A stretch of 64,000 nt of DNA from Tubiluchus corallicola (lineage: Eukaryota > Animalia > Priapulida). Below are positions 57,497 through 64,000 of the stretch, one piece after another (the first letter of the stretch is position 1; every line of letters starts with the position of its first letter). The stretch covers positions 124,001 through 188,000 of the forward strand of contig JAQGDQ010000390.1 in the NCBI GenBank assembly GCA_030141605.1. The letters are read 5' to 3'. Made by a program: the position numbers and the translations under genes. The notes beneath the pieces were generated by a model, which worked only from the letters and a program-made list of their open reading frames with translations, was not told the DNA's origin and did not search any database.

Positions 57497-59317
57497 CTGA
57501 TTTGTGAGAATTTTTCGAGAATTTTACTACCGAGATATTAATTAACTGTCATCAGTTGTAAATTTTAGTCAATTTGGTCATTGTAACTGTAGCTCTTTTT
57601 AGCTCAATTTTATGAAAAAAAACTTAAGGAAGCTCCATGCTTAATAATTTTAAAGTGTACCTGAAAAATAAGGTATAATCGAGGTTTCATAAGCAAAATT
57701 TGTAGCAAGCATAGGAAGCAGTAAAATTGGCAATTGTTTTACAATTTACGGTAAGTTTCATGCCAGTGCAGCTTCCCTCCCGAATTACAACAACCAATCC
57801 ATTTAATAGAAGTCATTCACTTTTCTGCATATGGTCGTCTACATGTAATATCTCTGAGCTCACATCGTATGATTAGTTAAGTAAAGTAGGGTTTGTATGA
57901 TATGAAAATAAGCACTAACAAAAATGTTTATAATTTGTCCACAACATGTGTGTCACGTGGCATAGCTGATTTCTAATTCCCATGTGGAATGAATGTTGTG
58001 ACGATGTAGTCTAAGTTCCGTTATTGCAAATATGTGGTTCGTGACTTAAGTGTAACCCTTAGGTAAAGAATAAAACACTTAGTCGAAAACACTGAGAAGA
58101 AACCACTGAATTAATAAAATAATATAACAATTTAATGAATATTTCAAAACACATTACAAGACAAATGTTAATAATAAAGCAAATCCGGCTAAGAAGAGAA
58201 AGAACAACGTAATGTTTTTCACCAGTCCAGTCTTGGCATCATCAAGCGACTATTCTCCTGTTCCCATTCCGCGGCATCTCCTCACCAGGGGCTTGATCGA
58301 GGAATGGTGCACCATAGAACGGTTGACTACACTACCTCTTGATGGAGCTGATTACGTGGACGACGACGACGTCTCCAAACTTTGACGACTCCTGATGTAT
58401 ACGCCTCCACTTATATGACGCCAAAATAGGGTAGCATCCAAGTTCCTGCACTCGTCGCAAGGTAAGGATTTCCAGTTTCGTAATCACAGCATGGAAGCAC
58501 CAACGACAGTATCATCAACGACAGGTAAATGCGTGTAAGTATCAGTAGCAGCTGACATCATCGACAACAGGTAAGTACAATCTTTAATAAGTGATGTATC
58601 ATCAGCGTCAGGAAGATATAAGCAGCAACAGGTAAGTATCATCGCTGGTATGCAGCTATCGTCTCTGTCGTAACCATGTAGACAGATGCTTTTCTACAAG
58701 CAAGCACTATTACTACTAAACCATCATTTCATGATATGAGAACGTCCGCTTAACTCGACAACTTAAAGCGGAATACCTGGGCGAACTGAACAGCCAAAAT
58801 TTCGTCTACGTGGCTTCAATCACATGATATAGTAGTCATGCATAAACAGTGTCATTAAATGTACAGGTGAAATCTGATTTCAGAACAAGTTGGCTTCTAG
58901 CCTTATATCATTAAACAGTTTAACTAAACATCTTTTATAAAAATTGACAATAATTAATGGTAGAATTATAACAGTAGGAACTAGTTACATGACCTGGCCT
59001 AAAATAAGCCTGAGAGTCACATATGTCATGTCGTCGGCATACATGAGCGCAAAGCATAAAACCTAGGGTACATGACTATTGTAAGCTCTACACTTATATA
59101 AATGATTTATTTATTCATTATTTACTATTTATTTATTTATTTATTGTCAATTTGATTGTGCTCAAGCGTGAATAAGTGCTATGCAGTGTCACTGTAATGA
59201 GTCGTAAAAGCACAAGAAGCTGCGCATAGCATCAATGTAACATACTAAATTTTCGTTTTCTAAACTCCTTTATTTACAGTTTAAAGAAAATAATAAAGAT
59301 TTGTAAACCTCAGCGTA

Positions 59318-59660
59318 TTAGTTCCTGAGCGTTTCAGGGAGCCAAAGCTGGGTGTCTAGAACAACTATTTCTCTTTGGCGAAGTGTGTGCTGGACAACGA
59401 TAGTGAGGCTGCACGGAGGCTGGTTAGTAAACGGACAGAGACCTCCAGAAAAACTGCTTCTTCTGGATTCAGTGCCTCTAGCTACATATATCCCATTGAT
59501 GGAGCGTATACACTCATTCAAAACAACCACTGCCACTTCGGGACTTATCTTACAGATAATCTTTAATAATGATTTCGGTTTCATTCCTTCCACAAACCTT
59601 TTCATTAGGCTCTTGCGTTGAGTGCTTGATTCCAGTTTATAGTGTGCCGCATCGGGATAA
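59318..59660 (-). mobile_element. Possible LTR-retrotransposon gag fragment
   Basis: YPDAAHYKLESSTQRKSLMKRFVEGMKP resembles the gag capsid YP...L..RF..GL pattern. No pol or paired LTRs were seen. Confidence 0.3.
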
Positions 59661-62600
59661 CACTCTTAACATTCTTAATACGTGCACTTTAATTTCCATT
59701 GTCTACAGTTAAATATATTGAACGTTCTGGAATAAATTACTGTACTATTTTCCTTACTTTACTAACCCTTTCGACCCAAATCTGTAATTACAGCGTCTAG
59801 ACTGTAGCAAATATCGCTACGAGGTAGAAATTTGATCAGTTTGTTTGTTATTTAAAAAAACTGTGGCATCCATGAGAAGTGTGTTATAGAAACGAATAGA
59901 TGTTGCTGTTGAAAGTCTGCCAAATGTCTGCTTCATATCAACATGATTTTGATTCAAGTTCTTACTCGCCCAGTTTTAGAGATCAGCCCAAAGACATGGT
60001 TTTTTTAGAATCAACAGTAATCGAACATAAGCGGTTAGTAGCGTAAAAGAAAGAGCCAAGGTTTATTTCAATGTTCACGAAAAACGTTAGAAAGGTTTAG
60101 TAATTAAAGTGTGATAAGCACTTCGTGTAATTAGTAAAATCAGTTTAAAGTCGCGATCATTTCACGCTTGGGCGTTCCCATTTTGAATACACATTCTTCC
60201 ACTAATGACGTCGTTCACCGGCTGAAGAAAAATGGCGCACTGTCAATTTCCGTGAAAGGTATAATAAGTTTTTGCAAAAAATTAGATAGTTGATGTTGCG
60301 ACGCATTTGCATGAGCATTAGGTAAGCTGCAAAAGTCTAATTAGCATGCGCTTTCAGAACGCGACGATGCGCTTACGAAATGTCATGAATCCACCAGTAA
60401 CGTCAAATAAATGGCGGCTACCACAGCAATTGAAAATTTCTATACAGCGGTAAAATTAACTTTATGCTCTGTAGACAGTCTTATAAGAAATCTCTTTGTT
60501 ATGTTTTTGTTAATTTAAGTGATAACATTAAAATAAACTCAACATGTTAGGTGACTTCCTCCTTTCCTTTAAGCTTGAAGTATAAAACACAAAATTGAAG
60601 AAAAATCAGGCAAATGCAAAGATTTTATTACACATGTCAAGATTTTGTAAGTCGTCCAGCTCTGAATGAGATAATGGCATATTTAATGTAGATAATTGTG
60701 GCAGGCAAGAATCTAGCTCAATAAAAGTGATCCTGAGAGGTGTCTCAGATACGTTGGGACGACCATTCATAAACCAGATAAATAGCCTTAGGCAGTTTTC
60801 GCGACGACCACCCATTCATTTACTGACCAGGCTCACTGTCGCTAAACCTAAACAGTGACTACTAAGCTTTGACAACAATAGTTAGTGAATATACAAAAAA
60901 ATACAAGGAATCGCCAAATTCTGTTAAATGTGAGCATACAAGCAAATACTAAATGTTTTTAGGATAGGTTGTTCTGCCTTATTAATAGCCAGCATATATA
61001 TATTATACATTATTAATAGTTAGAAGTGTGATTATGGCGTGTTTCTAATAAACCAATATTCTCCGCCTTAGTTTGCTTTAATTTTAATCCCTTGTTGCAA
61101 CATACAACTCTCTCATACAACTTGTTACAACTCTCTCATAGCTACAAACAACGTAAAGTCTTCTAAACACTTCAGACTAATTACTAGAAGTGACAGTTCA
61201 ATTTACGACCCTAATATATATATATAACCAAGCAGCCATTTTTTACGCTTCTGGTCCACAGCGTCATCATGGAAATAGAAGAAAACGCACAAAACGTCAA
61301 CTCAAAAGAATTCCCAGCTACTGAGCAAGAGTTTACCACAAGGTGAACGTCCTTGGTCGAATTGATGTAAAGAAAATTGAAAATAAATTTGGTAAGTAAC
61401 TTATTCATAAAATCACTCTGTATTATATCAGCGAGAGTTGCCACATTTTACTATGTATGTCCTAGCAAAACTCAGCCTACTAGTATTGCTTGTTTGCTTC
61501 AGTAGGTAACGTCTGTTTCCTAACTATAGTTTTGCTCACTTGAGGTCAAGTCGGAAAAAAGAAACCACCCCGAATATACAACCTTACAGATGCACTTAGC
61601 GCTAAGAGCTGATAACGAGTTTAGTTCACAAATATTCTCAGCAATATGCACCCAGAAGGAAGCCAAATATTATTTCAAGAAGACGAAAGCAGATGGAGAT
61701 AGGAGCAAGCTGGTGTTTTACATCATTAGAATAGAAATAAAAGGTTATTTATGGATCACATATGAACAAATATATGACCTCGTGATGAATAATGCTTCTC
61801 ACAGGATATCCTCATTTAAAATTCAGTTAGTTTTACAGATGGCAGAACAAATACTGTAAACACCACAAATTTGAATACTAAAACTTTTGCGAAAAGTGCT
61901 GCGCCATCCATTGAAAACACAGAGAAAACATTGTGAGCTGACGAGCCTTTATTAAGCTTGAAGAACACAGGAGTAGCAGTGTTGATCAGTTTTGTTAACA
62001 ACTTATAGGCAATTTTTTAAACCAAAGACTTTATTTATGTAAAGTAAAAAACATTCAATGAGTTTTAATTCCTTGTAGTGAACTTGCGTCTTACAGATTT
62101 AGTTTAGTGTTGCTAAAGACAATTATATCTATGTAAGTTAAATTTGTCCACCATTTAAAATTTCGAAAACATGGGCTATAAAATTTTAAAACAACGATTT
62201 AGATGTAACAAAGATATTGCACCACGTCTACAATAAGGTGATGTAGCTTATGAAGCTAACCCAGTAAGGAAAACTATGACTGTACTGATTACAAGAAAGA
62301 TATTCTTACAACTTCATAAGCATGTACAGTTAAATTGTTTAGAGGCCCAAAATTGCTTTAAAATGAATTTCATTTTAAAAACGAAAATAAACGGCAATGC
62401 TCCAAAGACTGCTTAGAAGGTCATTTTAGCGCTGCAAAATGTTGAATGACGCATTCATCAGATGGTAACTTCGCCTCTGTCCCACCCTGTCAGCGCACCC
62501 ACCCATAGAAAAACAAGCAAAAAACACAGGGAGGTTATTTATATCCGCTGCACACAGCTGTTACCGTCAACGCTTGCACCCCACCCACATTCTAACACTC

Positions 62601-64000
62601 GCTCACACCCAGCCAGCATGCACGCTGGATTCAACAAGCACGCACTGAGTCATTGGACATTCTTAAACATTTCAAAACAGGTCCTAAGATGTGTTGAGCA
62701 CACGCCAGCTACAGGAACGTGCTATCATGAGCATTAACAGTGTGTTTTATTGCAAACAGTTTCTGAGTTTGCCATGAATAACTCACACCAGATGCTTGAG
62801 AGAATTTCAAGAGATGAATTAGACGATATTGATGTTGAGCTCGGAAAAATTAAAATGTCCTAATAAAACTGCTTGGCTACAATTGAACGGGTTGTCAAAT
62901 GACGTCACCTCTTTATAATTATGCAAGGGAGACACGAAATGCCTTACAAGTTATAATTGTACAAGTTATTACTATTCATTTTATTCTGTAGTAGCAGTGT
63001 AATAGTAGCAACACTTCGAATTGACAAATAAAAATGGCAACATATTTTACTAAAAGGCTGGATTGCTATACAGACCAGTTTGCATCGTTTATGTATATTG
63101 AAACAGGAAGACACTGTAAGCCAAAAAACTTTCCCATTAAGCAATGCTTATGTATATCATTTTTTATTACAAGTACTGCACTTCGTAATGAAATGGTAAC
63201 TTGTAGGTTGTATGTAGTAATAGGGGTCAGAGGTCATCCAATCTCGGAATAACTTATTACATCATATCATTTGATGTAACACAAGCTAGCTTAGTTTAAA
63301 CTGAGATAAATTTGTTTCGCTGACCCCTATTTTGCCCTTACTGGGTTTACGGATCAACCAATCTGCGCGTAACTAACTTAAATCATTTACTTTATCTCAT
63401 TTAGTTTCGGTTGACACTGTATTTTGAGGACCTGTTCAACAGCTAACACTAAGTGGCGTCTCGTTGCTTGCTGTGTGCCAAAAACGAAACTGTTGCAAAA
63501 ATATGATTTTTAGTCACAACGTATAATTATAGTACAACACTATGTACCACACAGTACTAAAGTCACCGTATTAAAAACTTCATTGCTACCATTATTACAA
63601 TGAACAAGTTTCAAAATACTTCAAAGTGAGTTATTTGCTGTGGACTACACGAAAGTTATTGCAGAGTACCAAATCAACGTCATCATAGGAGCTCACTTCT
63701 CTTCGATTATATTTATCCTCTTATACACGTGTGCTTTACATTAACATTACGCGATTACTTTCATGTTTACTGTATCATTTCAGAAACTTAAATGAAATAG
63801 AAAGACTCATATAACACGAAATTCATCTTTTTGGTACATGGAGTTAACATACAATGCAACGTTCTTAACATGTGGATTTTTTTAAAGTGCAAAAAAACAG
63901 TTTATAGTATTTCACGCACGATCTGCGATGCTTAAAACTAGATTGTTTGTACACGTGAAAACATTTGCCTGTTATAGGCGGATAAAGCTAGTTCAACAGC

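Noticed and set aside
60600-62010. Exon-like plus-strand segments (61269-61401, 61590-61830, 61839-62005) with some splice signals, downstream of aaatggcg motifs at about 60230 and 60410
   Set aside because: In-frame stops and frameshifts, no consistent phase chain and no recognisable domain. It may be a decayed gene or transposon, but it cannot be supported.

Overview
AT-rich, intron-rich animal (probably invertebrate) genomic DNA. Four multi-exon protein-coding genes could be assembled by hand with consistent splice phases. (1) An organic anion transporting polypeptide (OATP/SLCO) on the minus strand, 1327-17256, 9 coding exons, about 807 aa. (2) A probably secreted single-domain pentraxin/LamG-like protein on the minus strand, about 28862-34105. 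(3) Head-to-head with it, a secretin/adhesion-class 7TM receptor with signal peptide-EGF-TSP1-TSP1-EGF ectodomain and no room for a GAIN/GPS domain (plus strand, 35494-47502, about 549 aa). (4) Tail-to-tail with that, an AMPA/kainate-like ionotropic glutamate receptor (minus strand, 48732 to about 57496) that appears to lack the amino-terminal domain, has Trp at the Q/R site and a degenerate SYTANLAAF gate, but keeps the glutamate-binding residues. The rest is hAT-type MITEs with 8-bp target site duplications (one nested), TTAA-flanked elements, BEL/Pao and LINE relics, 5S-like SINE fragments, minisatellites and microsatellites. Most short ORFs in the supplied track are noise or microsatellite translations. 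All gene models are manual and lack transcript support.
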